Shown here piece by piece: positions 32,009 through 41,422 of a stretch of DNA of 64,000 nt. The stretch covers positions 864,001 to 928,000 of the forward strand of contig OY769902.1 of NCBI GenBank assembly GCA_963669175.1, in the 5' to 3' direction. Source of the DNA: a bacterium (GTDB lineage: Bacteria; Electryoneota; Electryoneia; Electryoneales; Electryoneaceae). Made by a program: the position numbers and the translations under genes. How positions within the stretch are numbered: the first letter of the stretch is position 1; every line of letters starts with the position of its first letter. The notes below the pieces were generated by a model. It saw nothing but the letters and a program-made list of their open reading frames with translations. It made no database searches and had not been told where the DNA came from.

Positions 32009-32664
32009 TGTTTACCGGACTGGTGGAAGAAGTCGGCACAATTCGCATGATGCGCCGCCGTGGGGACGGAGCTATCCTCACCATAGAAGCTCGCAGGGTG
32101 CTGGAAGATGTACAAAAGGGCGACAGCATCGCTATTGCCGGGGTTTGTCAGACTGTCGTGCATTTCCAGCCGGGCTGGTTCCAGGTGGAAGCGGTGAAGG
32201 AGACGCTTGAACGGACACGTTTTGCCGAGTGGAGCCGTGGGCAGAAGGTCAACCTGGAACGCGCCATGCGTCCCATCGACCGGCTGGGCGGACACCTGGT
32301 GCAGGGGCATGTAGACGGTATGGCGGAGGTAGCGGGCATCAAACGCCTGGAGAGTTCTCACCGCCTGACCCTCCGTCCGCTTAATGGTGACATGACCTAT
32401 ATCGTGGAAAAAGGTTCGATCTGCCTGGATGGGATCAGCCTTACGGTAGCGTCACTGACTGACAGCACATTTGATGTGGAAATTATTCCGCATACCTGGG
32501 AAGCTACCACGCTGCACCTGCTGAAGGGTGGCGACAAGATTCACCTGGAGTGGGATGTCATCGCCAAATATGTGTACAAGATGCTACATGCTTTCAAAAG
32601 TGGAACAGACAAGAAAGAATCCGGCGGCCTGACTGCGGAAAAGTTGATGGAATATGGATTCTAA
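32008..32664 (+). CDS. ribE: Riboflavin synthase (alpha chain)
   Basis: MFTGLVEE, VNLERAM...GGHLVQGHVD, EKGSICLDGISLTV. Confidence 0.97.
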   Translation: MFTGLVEEVGTIRMMRRRGDGAILTIEARRVLEDVQKGDSIAIAGVCQTVVHFQPGWFQVEAVKETLERTRFAEWSRGQKVNLERAMRPIDRLGGHLVQGHVDGMAEVAGIKRLESSHRLTLRPLNGDMTYIVEKGSICLDGISLTVASLTDSTFDVEIIPHTWEATTLHLLKGGDKIHLEWDVIAKYVYKMLHAFKSGTDKKESGGLTAEKLMEYGF

Positions 32665-33193
32665 GTAAAGAAGGTAAAAAAAGTAAAGAAGGTGATAGAG
32701 TGTGACAGAATATTTTAAAGAGGGGTAATAGCATGACTACGAAATACAAGAGCTTTGAAGAGTTGGAAATATGGCAAAAGTGATGCAGGTTGGCAGCGGA
32801 TATTTACAGGGAAACCAAAGAAGGTTCCTGGAAAAATGATTATTCATTACGTGACCAAATCAGGAGAAGCGCAGTATCAATTCCATCCAATATTGCAGAA
32901 GGGTATGAACGAAACAGCAGAAAAGAGTTTATCCGTTTCTTGAAAATAGCAAAAGCATCATGTGGAGAATTTCGAACACAATTATATATAGCAAAAGCGA
33001 TAGGATATATGAATAAGGAGACTTTTGATAAGTTTCACGAATCATCAAGAAAAGTCAGCGCAATGATCCAATCTTTAATAAATAGTATCAGAGATTGAAG
33101 ACTTGGATATTCAAGATGTTACGAACAACATTCAGAAGCATTAAGAGGTTTTTACTTTCTTTACCTTTTTTACGTTTTTTACTTTTTTCACTT
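32662..33193. repeat. Inverted 9-nt-period repeats bracketing four-helix-bundle cassette 1
   Basis: Left 32662-32695 AAGTAAAGAAGGTAAAAAAAGTAAAGAAGG; right 33149-33193 TTTACTTTCTTTACCTTTTTTAC...ACTTTTTTCACTT. Confidence 0.8.
32733..33098 (+). pseudogene. Four-helix-bundle (23S rRNA IVS protein / Avd-like) gene with in-frame TGA at codon 17
   Basis: MTTKYKSFEELEIWQK*CRLAADIY...LRDQIRRSAVSIPSNIAEGYER...AKASCGEFRTQL; TGA 32781-83 aligns with GGA (Gly) of the paralog at 35082. Confidence 0.85.
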
Positions 33194-33213
33194 ATCCATA
33201 AGGAGAAACAGTC

Positions 33214-34416
33214 GTGATTTTTCATCCCATCGAAGAAGCGATAGAGGAGATCCGTGCAGGACGCATGATTATCCTGTGCGATGATGAAGACCGGGAGAAC
33301 GAAGGTGATCTGGTAATGGCGGCCTCGAAGGTGACCCCGGAAGCGGTCAACTTCATGGCGAAAAACGGGCGTGGCATGATCTGTATGTCCCTGAGCGAGG
33401 AAAAGGCTCATCAGCTCGACCTGGCGCCCATGGTGGATACCACGCATAATACCGCGTTGCACGGCACCAAGTTCACCATCACTATTGACGCTGCCGAAGG
33501 CACCACTACCGGTATTTCCGCCGCGGATCGTGCGATAACGATGCAGAAGGCTGCAGAAGCGGATGCCAAGCCGGAAGATTTCGGACGTCCGGGCCATGTT
33601 CACCCGATCATCGCTGCGCAAGGAGGAGTGTTGCGTCGGGCCGGGCACACCGAAGGCACAGTCGATCTGGCGCGTTTGGCCGGATGCCCACCATTGGGTG
33701 TTCTGTGTGAAGTGATGAACGAAGACGGTACTATGGCGCGTGTTCCCGACCTGCACAAGCGAGCGCAGGAATGGGGCCTGAAGATGTTCACTATCCGTGA
33801 TCTGATCGAGTATCGTCAGCGTACGGAAAAACTGATTGAACGTACCGTGACCGTCCCCCTGCCGACCTGGCATGGTGATTTTATGATGCACCATTACCAC
33901 GAGGTAGCTTCGGGCAAGGAACATGTTGCGTTGACATTGGGCGAGTGGGAAGAGGATGAGCCGGTGCTGGTGCGTGTGCATAGTGAATGCCTGACCGGGG
34001 ACACATTGCATTCCAAGCGCTGCGATTGTGGGCAGCAACGGGATCGCGCCCTGGAAATGATACAGGAAGAAGGCAAGGGTGTATTCCTGTACATGCGTCA
34101 GGAAGGACGTGGTATCGGCCTTGAAGCGAAGCTGAAAGCGTATGCCTTGCAGGACAAGGGACATGATACCGTGGAAGCCAACCTCTTGCTGGGATTCAAG
34201 CCAGATCTGCGTGACTACGGAATTGGCGCCCAGATCCTGCGTGATCTCGGGGTGCGCAAGATGAAGCTGATGACCAACAACCCGAAGAAAATCGTCGGCT
34301 TAAAGGGATACGGGCTGGAAGTAGTGGATCGTGCGCCGATCGAGATCGAGGCCAACGAGTACAATACCTACTACATGCAGACGAAAAAAGAAAAAATGGG
34401 GCATTTGTTGCACTAG
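33214..34416 (+). CDS. ribBA: DHBP synthase / GTP cyclohydrolase II
   Basis: [47 protein letters not shown]. Confidence 0.98.
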   Translation: MIFHPIEEAIEEIRAGRMIILCDDEDRENEGDLVMAASKVTPEAVNFMAKNGRGMICMSLSEEKAHQLDLAPMVDTTHNTALHGTKFTITIDAAEGTTTGISAADRAITMQKAAEADAKPEDFGRPGHVHPIIAAQGGVLRRAGHTEGTVDLARLAGCPPLGVLCEVMNEDGTMARVPDLHKRAQEWGLKMFTIRDLIEYRQRTEKLIERTVTVPLPTWHGDFMMHHYHEVASGKEHVALTLGEWEEDEPVLVRVHSECLTGDTLHSKRCDCGQQRDRALEMIQEEGKGVFLYMRQEGRGIGLEAKLKAYALQDKGHDTVEANLLLGFKPDLRDYGIGAQILRDLGVRKMKLMTNNPKKIVGLKGYGLEVVDRAPIEIEANEYNTYYMQTKKEKMGHLLH

Positions 34417-34489
34417 AAGTGAAAAAAGTGAAAAAAGTGGGCAGTGAAAAAAGAGCTTGAGTGGAAGCACTCTCAACTCTGACAGACTA

Positions 34490-34753
34490 GTGGACCATTG
34501 CACCTGATATGAGTTGTTCTGCTTGTTTTTGATGAGTCGATTTCAAGGCAGTTTCACGAAATCATAGTGGTTCTATTCTGAGTAAAACTAACGCAGAAAT
34601 CGGCCATCAAAAACAAGCCCTAAGGGAGCGCGCGCTTTGCCCCATGACTGCGTTGCTTTCCCTTGAAATAGCCCGCTATGTCTGTAGTCAAGCACCTTGT
34701 CCTGAGGTAAAGTGCGCAGCTCAGAAAACATCATAGCAGGTGCAATGGTCCAC
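34490..34753. mobile_element. Putative MITE, about 264 bp
   Basis: TIR GTGGACCATTGCACCTGATATGA / TCATAGCAGGTGCAATGGTCCAC (1 mismatch); flanks CTAG/CAAG; no ORF. Confidence 0.75.
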
Positions 34754-35081
34754 AAGCACGAAAACGGGAAACATGATAAAAGAAAACCAATAGAGAGTTA
34801 ATGAAAACCAAGAATTATAAAGTGTTGGACATTTTGAGGTGAATATAAGCATTAGTGGTTGATTTTTGTGGCGTTGCTGGTAAGCCGGATTGGGTCAAAG
34901 GTTTTGTCTGGCGTGATTACCTGCATAAAAGCGCAGTATCCATTCATTCGATTTTGGAAGCATAGAGTTTTCTGCCATGATTCAGTCGCTAATAATACAT
35001 TTATCGAGAGAGAATTAGTAAAGCAGTTTCTTTTTTCACTTTTTTCACTGTCAACTTTTTTCACTTTAGCAGGAGAACCGT

Positions 35082-35447
35082 ATGGCTACCAAGAAATTTG
35101 AAGAGTTGGATATCTGGAAGCGGGGATGCAGGTTGGCTGTTGATCTTTACGGCCTGACAGGAAAAGGGAATTGGGCAAAAGATTTTTCACTTCGAGACCA
35201 GGTCAGACGATGCGCAGTGTCTGTTCCGTCCAATGTTGCGGAAGGATTTGAACGTGGTGGAGTGAACGAATTCCGTCGTTTTCTCCGTATCGCCAAGGGA
35301 TCATGTGGCGAACTTCGTACCCAACTGTATATAGCACAGGCAATCGACTATATTTCCAAACCTGATATGGATCCTATTGTTCAGGAAACACGTGAAATCA
35401 GCGCCATGATTCAATCGCTAATAACCCATTTATCGAAAGAGAGTTAG
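35082..35447 (+). CDS. Four-helix-bundle protein (23S rRNA IVS protein / Avd-like)
   Basis: FEELDIWK...LRDQVRRCAVSVPSNVAEGFER...AKGSCGELRTQL; AGGAG RBS. Confidence 0.93.
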   Translation: MATKKFEELDIWKRGCRLAVDLYGLTGKGNWAKDFSLRDQVRRCAVSVPSNVAEGFERGGVNEFRRFLRIAKGSCGELRTQLYIAQAIDYISKPDMDPIVQETREISAMIQSLITHLSKES

Positions 35448-35510
35448 CAATACGGTTTCCTTTTTCACTTTTTTCACTGTCTACTTTTTTCACTCCAACA
35501 AGGGGTTATT

Positions 35511-35981
35511 GTGAAAACTATCGAAGGCATTCTGGACGGCAAGGGCAAGAAGTTTGGCATCGTTGCCAGCAGGTTTAACAGTTTTATCGTGGATCGGTTG
35601 ATTGAAGGCGCAGTGGATGGCTTGAAACGTCATGGCGTGGAAGAGGATGACATTATCCTGGCACGTTGTCCTGGCAGCTTCGAGATTCCTGGCGTGGCGA
35701 AGAAGATGGCCCGGAGCGGCAAAGTGGATGCCGTCATTGGGATTGGCAGCCTGATCCGTGGTGCAACAACCCATTACGATCACGTGGCCGCAGAAGTAAC
35801 AAAAGGCCTTGCGACGCTTTCGTTTGAGGGTGACATTCCGGTAATTTATGGGATTGTTACGGCAGAAAGCATTGAACAGGCCATTGAACGTGCGGGCACA
35901 AAAGCTGGCAACCGTGGCTTTGCTGCGGCCGAGAGCGCATTGGAAATGGTCAATCTTTACGGGAACCTGTCGTCCCTTTAG
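35511..35981 (+). CDS. ribH: 6,7-dimethyl-8-ribityllumazine synthase
   Basis: [37 protein letters not shown]. Confidence 0.98.
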   Translation: MKTIEGILDGKGKKFGIVASRFNSFIVDRLIEGAVDGLKRHGVEEDDIILARCPGSFEIPGVAKKMARSGKVDAVIGIGSLIRGATTHYDHVAAEVTKGLATLSFEGDIPVIYGIVTAESIEQAIERAGTKAGNRGFAAAESALEMVNLYGNLSSL

Positions 35982-36075
35982 ACGGTTAGAGTAATACTAT
36001 AGATCGAGACCGGCAGCGCGTTGTTCCAGGAAAGGGACAACGCCCGGACAGGGATGGGGATAGATTGGAGGACGT

Positions 36076-38445
36076 ATGCGCGGCCGCACTATGACTCTGC
36101 CTCTGGGAGTCCTGGTATTAGCCTTATTTGCCGATGTGGCGTTTGGGGATACCTGGCGAACAATCACTGCCGGGTGGAAACCCAACCGAGTTGCCATTGC
36201 CGGTGGAAAAATCTGGGCGTGTTCGGAAGGTGGATTGTACGATGTCGCAGCGGATTTCTCCGACATTCGTCTCCTGAACAAGGATGACGGGCTCTATGCG
36301 AATGATGTCAATGTGGTGCGCGCGGAAGCGGACGAGTCCCGCATATGGATCGGGTATGATGATGCCGGAGTTGATCGTATTGATCCGGCCACAGGTGACA
36401 TTGTTCAACGTATCCTTGATTTTGTCGAATCGAACGAAGTCTTCTCCATCTATGATATTTTCCTGTCCGAAACAGAAGCTTACGTTGCAACAGATATCGG
36501 TGTAAGCAAGCTTATTCCTTCCGATTATGACGATCTCTGGGTCGTAAGCGAAACCTACCGAAACTTCGGAGTCGGGACAGATGCCTGGCCTCAGCCGGTC
36601 AAGGTGGAGTCTGTGTTTTCGGACGGGGAATGGTTGTTTGTCGGTGGTATAAACGGTATCGCGGTCGCGTCGCTGGAAGACAATCTGTTTGATCCCGGGG
36701 TATGGCAGACATTTGACTTTGAGAGTGACCTTCCCCATCGTAGTGATGTGACAAACAATGTGAGCTGGTTTCGTCAGATGAACGGCGAAATCTATGCTGG
36801 ATTGTACCTGTTTACTGTCGTGCGCTGGGATGGAGAAGAGTGGGATCAGGCCACTCCGAACTACAGATTCTATTTCGGTATGACGGACTCGCCTGACAGC
36901 ACGATTTACTGTGGCGCCGGCAACGGTTTATATAAATGGAATCGTGATGACAACACCTTTGACCTGCTGATCCCCGACAGCCTGACCCAAAAAGTCTTTG
37001 ATCTGACCTGGGCTTTTGGCAATGTTGTGGGAGTTCTTGATACGGACGCCAAAGATAAGGGTGGTGTATTCAGGTTTGATCCTGATACAGGCGAGTATAT
37101 CGTAATTCACCCCAACACTCCTGGTGGGAACCAGGCTACCCAATTGCACATCGATGAAAGCGGTACGGTTTGGATTACAGCGCGCTCTTCCAATCAGAAC
37201 GGTATCTATGGGTTGACGGCGGAAGGGGTATGGGAATCGATCACACGTTTGGATCTGACTCAGGATGCGTTCAACTATACGTTCCTTGATATCGGGACAG
37301 ACGATGCCGGTGGGGTCTGGATCGGCAGCCGTGGCGATGGTCTTGTTCACATCATGCCCACTGACACCGGTCTTGTTCCAACCTGGTTTAATGCGGACAC
37401 CAGTACGGGGGCACGTTTGCAACCAATGTCCAATGATGGTTTTGTTCTGATCGGTGGTGTAGCACGTGAGCCGGGAAAAGGAATGTGGTTGGTAAACACC
37501 TATGCTGGCGATGAATTATCCGGTGTGCTTCGCAAGCCATTGATCTTTGTTCCTCTCGCCTGGTATACCGACCCGACCACAGAATGGCAGACATACAGCA
37601 CGGTTGATGGTGTACCAACGATTGATATCAAGAGTGTAATACGTGACCATTATGGACGTTTGTGGTTTGGTCCTCTTTCGGACGCTGACCAGTATTCCAT
37701 GGTGATGATGAACCCGGCCGGAACACCCATGAATCCGGATGATGATTCCTACATGACATTTGGCACCGGGGATGTCGGATTCACCATGGTCAACGATATG
37801 GTGCTGGATGATGAAGGGTTCCTGTGGGTTGGTGCGCCGGATGGATTGTACTACATCGACACGAACCATGACGATAGTTTTATCGTTGGATCTGTCACTG
37901 GTGCGCTGGGAGAGGAAATCACTGCTGTAGCCCTGGACCCGATGGGGCACATCTGGTGCGGTACCCACAACGGCGTGTCGGTATTTAATCCGGCACGGAT
38001 GAGCTGGGTGAATCACTATACGGTTGCCAGTGGCCGCTATCCGAGTCGATTGGTTGACGATGATATCACCTGCATGGAATTCAACGGAGAAACCGGGGAA
38101 GCCTGGATCGGGACCAACATCGGCGTTTCCGTGTTGACGACACCATACCGGAATTTCGGAGATGAACTGGGTGAGATTGATGTGCGTCCCCAACCTTTCC
38201 TGCTAGGTAATGATGGCGTATCCCTCCAGTTTATGGGGGAAAGCCTGGTCAACGGTGCAACGATAAAGATTTTCACTCCTTCAGGCAGACTGGTGCGTGA
38301 ACTTAGCTTCAGCGAAGCCTCTTCAGAGGGGTGGGATGGACGCAACAAGGAAGGTGAACTGGTTTCCAGCGGAGTCTACCTGTTGCTGGTGACAGACCCG
38401 GAAGGACATTCCAAAGTTGGGAAAGCGGCTGTTGTGCGTAAATAA
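36076..38445 (+). CDS. PorZ-like T9SS propeller protein
   Basis: GDTWRT, LNKDDGL, YVATDIGV, propeller repeats, GEAWIGTNIGVS, RPQPF...IKIFTPSGRLV...WDGRN...SSGVYL...KVGKAAVVR. Confidence 0.8.
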   Translation: MRGRTMTLPLGVLVLALFADVAFGDTWRTITAGWKPNRVAIAGGKIWACSEGGLYDVAADFSDIRLLNKDDGLYANDVNVVRAEADESRIWIGYDDAGVDRIDPATGDIVQRILDFVESNEVFSIYDIFLSETEAYVATDIGVSKLIPSDYDDLWVVSETYRNFGVGTDAWPQPVKVESVFSDGEWLFVGGINGIAVASLEDNLFDPGVWQTFDFESDLPHRSDVTNNVSWFRQMNGEIYAGLYLFTVVRWDGEEWDQATPNYRFYFGMTDSPDSTIYCGAGNGLYKWNRDDNTFDLLIPDSLTQKVFDLTWAFGNVVGVLDTDAKDKGGVFRFDPDTGEYIVIHPNTPGGNQATQLHIDESGTVWITARSSNQNGIYGLTAEGVWESITRLDLTQDAFNYTFLDIGTDDAGGVWIGSRGDGLVHIMPTDTGLVPTWFNADTSTGARLQPMSNDGFVLIGGVAREPGKGMWLVNTYAGDELSGVLRKPLIFVPLAWYTDPTTEWQTYSTVDGVPTIDIKSVIRDHYGRLWFGPLSDADQYSMVMMNPAGTPMNPDDDSYMTFGTGDVGFTMVNDMVLDDEGFLWVGAPDGLYYIDTNHDDSFIVGSVTGALGEEITAVALDPMGHIWCGTHNGVSVFNPARMSWVNHYTVASGRYPSRLVDDDITCMEFNGETGEAWIGTNIGVSVLTTPYRNFGDELGEIDVRPQPFLLGNDGVSLQFMGESLVNGATIKIFTPSGRLVRELSFSEASSEGWDGRNKEGELVSSGVYLLLVTDPEGHSKVGKAAVVRK

Positions 38446-38469
38446 ACACTGAATCGCCCCACTCATTAT

Positions 38470-38507
38470 CGGGTATTCCCTCGAAGCAGGGTAATACCCG
38501 TTTTTTT
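38470..38507 (+). terminator. Intrinsic terminator
   Basis: CGGGTATTCCCT-cgaagc-AGGGTAATACCCG-T7. Confidence 0.8.
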
Positions 38508-38616
38508 GTCAGAAACCTGTCTTTCCAATCGGTTGAAATTTGTTTTCTTGAGAGTTATACTCCACCGGGGTTAGAAAAGTGAGTGGGTATAGATTTTTTG
38601 TAACCGGAGTCCCCCA

Positions 38617-39651
38617 GTGGCAAATCCTTCTTCAGGTTTTCAATTGCTGGAAACCATCCCGCAGCCCGTCATTTTTACCGATACTTCGAAGCAAATCATT
38701 GCTGTCAATAGTGCATTCTGCCGTGAATATGGTTATGCATGCGACTCGCTGAAGGGTAAAGGGCTGGAAGCAATCCTGCAAAGCGAATCGTTGACAACCG
38801 TATCGTTTTCAGAGCTTCTGAGCGATGCGGATAGCCAGCCGGCAGAAAACAGGCATAAAGCAGTGATCAATGGCCATAATGGGAATTTATATCACATTTG
38901 TGTTTCTGTCGTGCCAATATATAACGGGCAGCAGGATCCACTATTTGCTCTGTTTGTTTCCTGTGATACAAAAGCTTCTCTGAAAAACGTATATGAAGAT
39001 GAAGTTGCTATTGAAATCATGGATATTTTCACAGATGGTATCGTATTCCTCAAAATGGATGGGACAATAATCTATGCCAATTCCTGGGCAATGGACTTGT
39101 TTGGAAAGTCAGTCAAAAACTTTTCTGACCTGAACATTCTTTCTATAATCACACCCGCAGATCCCGAGCTGGCAAGGCTGGAACAAACCCTGGATATATG
39201 GATAGGGGGAGGGATTGGCCAGGAAGGTTTGATTCAACACGATGAAACTGGTGAATTTCCTGTTGAAGTAAAAGGGGTGATGCTATCTACGGAGCAACAC
39301 AGAAGTGCATTTGTCTGTCTTATTATTCGTGACCTGCGGGAACGAAAACAGTTTGAAAAAACCCTGATGGAACGTGAACAGTTTGAAACAGCAGTTCAAA
39401 TGTCAATCGCTTTGGCGCACGAAGTGAATAACCCCCTGGCTGTGATCAAGGGCAGTATTGACATGATGAAGATGGGGGAATACACAGAAGAACAGCTTTC
39501 CTGGCTTGAAAAGATGGACAGTCATGTCACTCGAATTATCAAGATTGTCAAGGATATGACAGAGCTTCATTTGATAAAAAAGCGAAGCTACACGACGGAT
39601 TTGAAATATATCGACATCCACTCCAGCGCTGAAAAAGATGAAAAGGAGTAG
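38617..39651 (+). CDS. PAS-PAS-HisKA protein lacking HATPase
   Basis: Two PAS domains, IRDLRERK, ALAHEVNNPLAVIKG; ends about 75 aa after the His. Confidence 0.85.
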   Translation: MANPSSGFQLLETIPQPVIFTDTSKQIIAVNSAFCREYGYACDSLKGKGLEAILQSESLTTVSFSELLSDADSQPAENRHKAVINGHNGNLYHICVSVVPIYNGQQDPLFALFVSCDTKASLKNVYEDEVAIEIMDIFTDGIVFLKMDGTIIYANSWAMDLFGKSVKNFSDLNILSIITPADPELARLEQTLDIWIGGGIGQEGLIQHDETGEFPVEVKGVMLSTEQHRSAFVCLIIRDLRERKQFEKTLMEREQFETAVQMSIALAHEVNNPLAVIKGSIDMMKMGEYTEEQLSWLEKMDSHVTRIIKIVKDMTELHLIKKRSYTTDLKYIDIHSSAEKDEKE

Positions 39652-39673
39652 GAGCAGCATCGCAATTTCATGT

Positions 39674-39700
39674 GCCACCCCTTCGAGGTGGCTCTTTTTT
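39674..39700 (+). terminator. Intrinsic terminator
   Basis: GCCACC-ccttcga-GGTGGC-TCTTTTTT. Confidence 0.7.
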
Positions 39701-39926
39701 TGGCTATGTTCATTCAAAGCAGAAAGTATCCCGCCACTTCGAGGTGAATTCTCACCACAACATGAACTGGATTCATGTATACACATTGTTCGCTAGCCCG
39801 AATATTTCATGAACAAAACATGGATAATCATCTTAACACATTTCATATCAGCACAATACAACTGATTCATACAGCATTTTGCAGGGTACAGTTTGCTCCG
39901 GTATCCCTTTGCGTGTTTATTCCTTG

Positions 39927-40259
39927 GGCTGCTCACAAGAATTTGTGCATATTATCGACGAGCACGTTTCGTCAGGTCTTGACGTGATGCCTTTTTCTTG
40001 TTTTTCTCCGTAATTTCAGACATCTGTCCGACTTCACACCTGCTATTTCGCATGATAGATCGTCGTCAGGCATCACGTTGTGACCTGACGACAGCGAGAG
40101 TGCTGATACAGGTGGCAGGTCACAACGCGACAATAACAGTACGAGAGGTGGTTTCAGTATCATCGTGTATTCGGGAAAACATCGCGAAAGCCGAAAACGG
40201 AAAGTCGCGTCAAGACCTGCCACAACTTTGCCCGAATGCACAAATTCTTGTGAGGAACC
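39927..40259 (+). mobile_element. MITE family A copy 1 (333 bp)
   Basis: 24-bp TIR GG(C/T)T(G/C)CTCACAAGAATTTGTGCAT; 8-bp TSD ATTCCTTG. Confidence 0.93.
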
Positions 40260-40350
40260 ATTCCTTGTTTCGCTGACAAACTGAAGCTGAGTTTCGGAAA
40301 CCGCCCCGGAAGGGGCAATCTGTATTAGCCCAGGGCGGCCGCCGTTAGTT

Positions 40351-40746
40351 CTGTCTCTTACCCACATCTTCTGAAAGCTGTATCAGTAAAAGAGTTGTGG
40401 ACATAGCATTTTTAGAATCCCGGCGGGATTCCCTATTTTAGCATAGTGTACAGGCCGTCTGTTTGGCCTGTACACTATGTCAGGTATTCTAACGAATAAT
40501 CAACCCTGGAAGGGTTGCATAATACGCGATTCATATTAGTACGTTCAATAAATACAGGAAATAACGCATTTTATATTCTATACAAACCAATTGGGTGTAA
40601 ATTATACGTTATGCAACCCTTCCAGGGTTGAGATAAGGTTTGATCTTTTTCGTAGGGTAGACGCTAAACAGACAGCGTCAACCCTACGCTAAAATATACC
40701 ACCCCCTCTGGGGTGGCAGAAACACGAAGATGTGAGCAAGAGACAG
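40351..40746. mobile_element. MITE with IS50/Tn5-like (IS4 family) ends carrying an internal REP doublet
   Basis: Ends CTGTCTCTTACCCACATCTT / AAGATGTGAGCAAGAGACAG; 10-bp direct repeat GCCGTTAGTT both sides; similar uninterrupted site at about 63129-63148. Confidence 0.88.
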
Positions 40747-41014
40747 GCCGTTAGTTGGCGGCTACCTTGGGAGATGAATCCCACTACTATTTACTCCGGC
40801 AGGAGTAACCTGAATATTATTATTGGTATACAGTTTGGATTCTTAGGCAACCACTGTCGGGGTTGGCAGGTAGTCTACACCCTTTTCCCACCGTGAGCGC
40901 CAAACAGACTGGAGCTGGACGGTGGGTTTATTCAGGGAACCACTGCCGTGGTTCTTATCCCGCCCGTTCCATCAAGTATCACATGTGAAAGTGCCAGTCG
41001 TGAAATATCCGGGC
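40747..41014. repeat. REP-like palindrome cluster (family B)
   Basis: Colinear with 63130-63399 and 24086-24238. Confidence 0.85.
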
Positions 41015-41422
41015 CAGTAACACCATGTTTCGTACATAGACGAAACAGCGGGACCTTCCTGATAGCATAGTGATGTAGTAAAGAACCCACCCATCACCCA
41101 GCCTGCGCACCAGATTCACAGGGTAAGCACCAGCTTCGCAGTTTTTCTTGGTACATATAGCTTTCAGGTTTCTCTTTCACAACACTGGAGCCCTGATTTA
41201 CCTCTCTTGTTCACCTTCATGACAATGAAAATCTATTCGGGCAACAGGTGTCTGCTTAGCCTTATTGCCTACAAGCTAAAAAGAATTCTGAAACGATCGT
41301 AATACAGTCGAATTCCTTATCAGAAGAGGAATTGCATTTTCAATTGGAGTAATTCTTGCTCGTGTTTGTGTCGGGGATCACTTCGGCGTGTGAAGGGGAT
41401 CACGCGACCAAGGGGGGATAGA

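Larger units (their letters stand above)
34417..35494. repeat. Inverted repeats bracketing four-helix-bundle cassette 2
   Basis: Left AGTGAAAAAAGTGGGCAGTGAAAAAAG (34427-34453); right CTTTTTTCACTGTCAACTTTTTTCACT (35039-35065) and CTTTTTTCACTGTCTACTTTTTTCACT (35468-35494). Confidence 0.85.

Noticed and set aside
32781-32783. Genome-wide TGA=Gly recoding
   Set aside because: Many genes here end properly at TGA, and long ORFs have no internal TGA
33088-34164. Long antisense ORFs (also 10212-11051, 27767-28801, 51849-52799, 53088-53786, 61190-62461)
   Set aside because: Shadows of well-supported opposite-strand genes; no recognisable motifs
32733-35447. Diversity-generating retroelement (Avd-like genes)
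   Set aside because: No reverse transcriptase and no TR/VR pair seen
40351-40370. Nextera/Tn5 adapter contamination
   Set aside because: Both ends differ from the mosaic end, form an inverted pair, have a target duplication and no adapter tail
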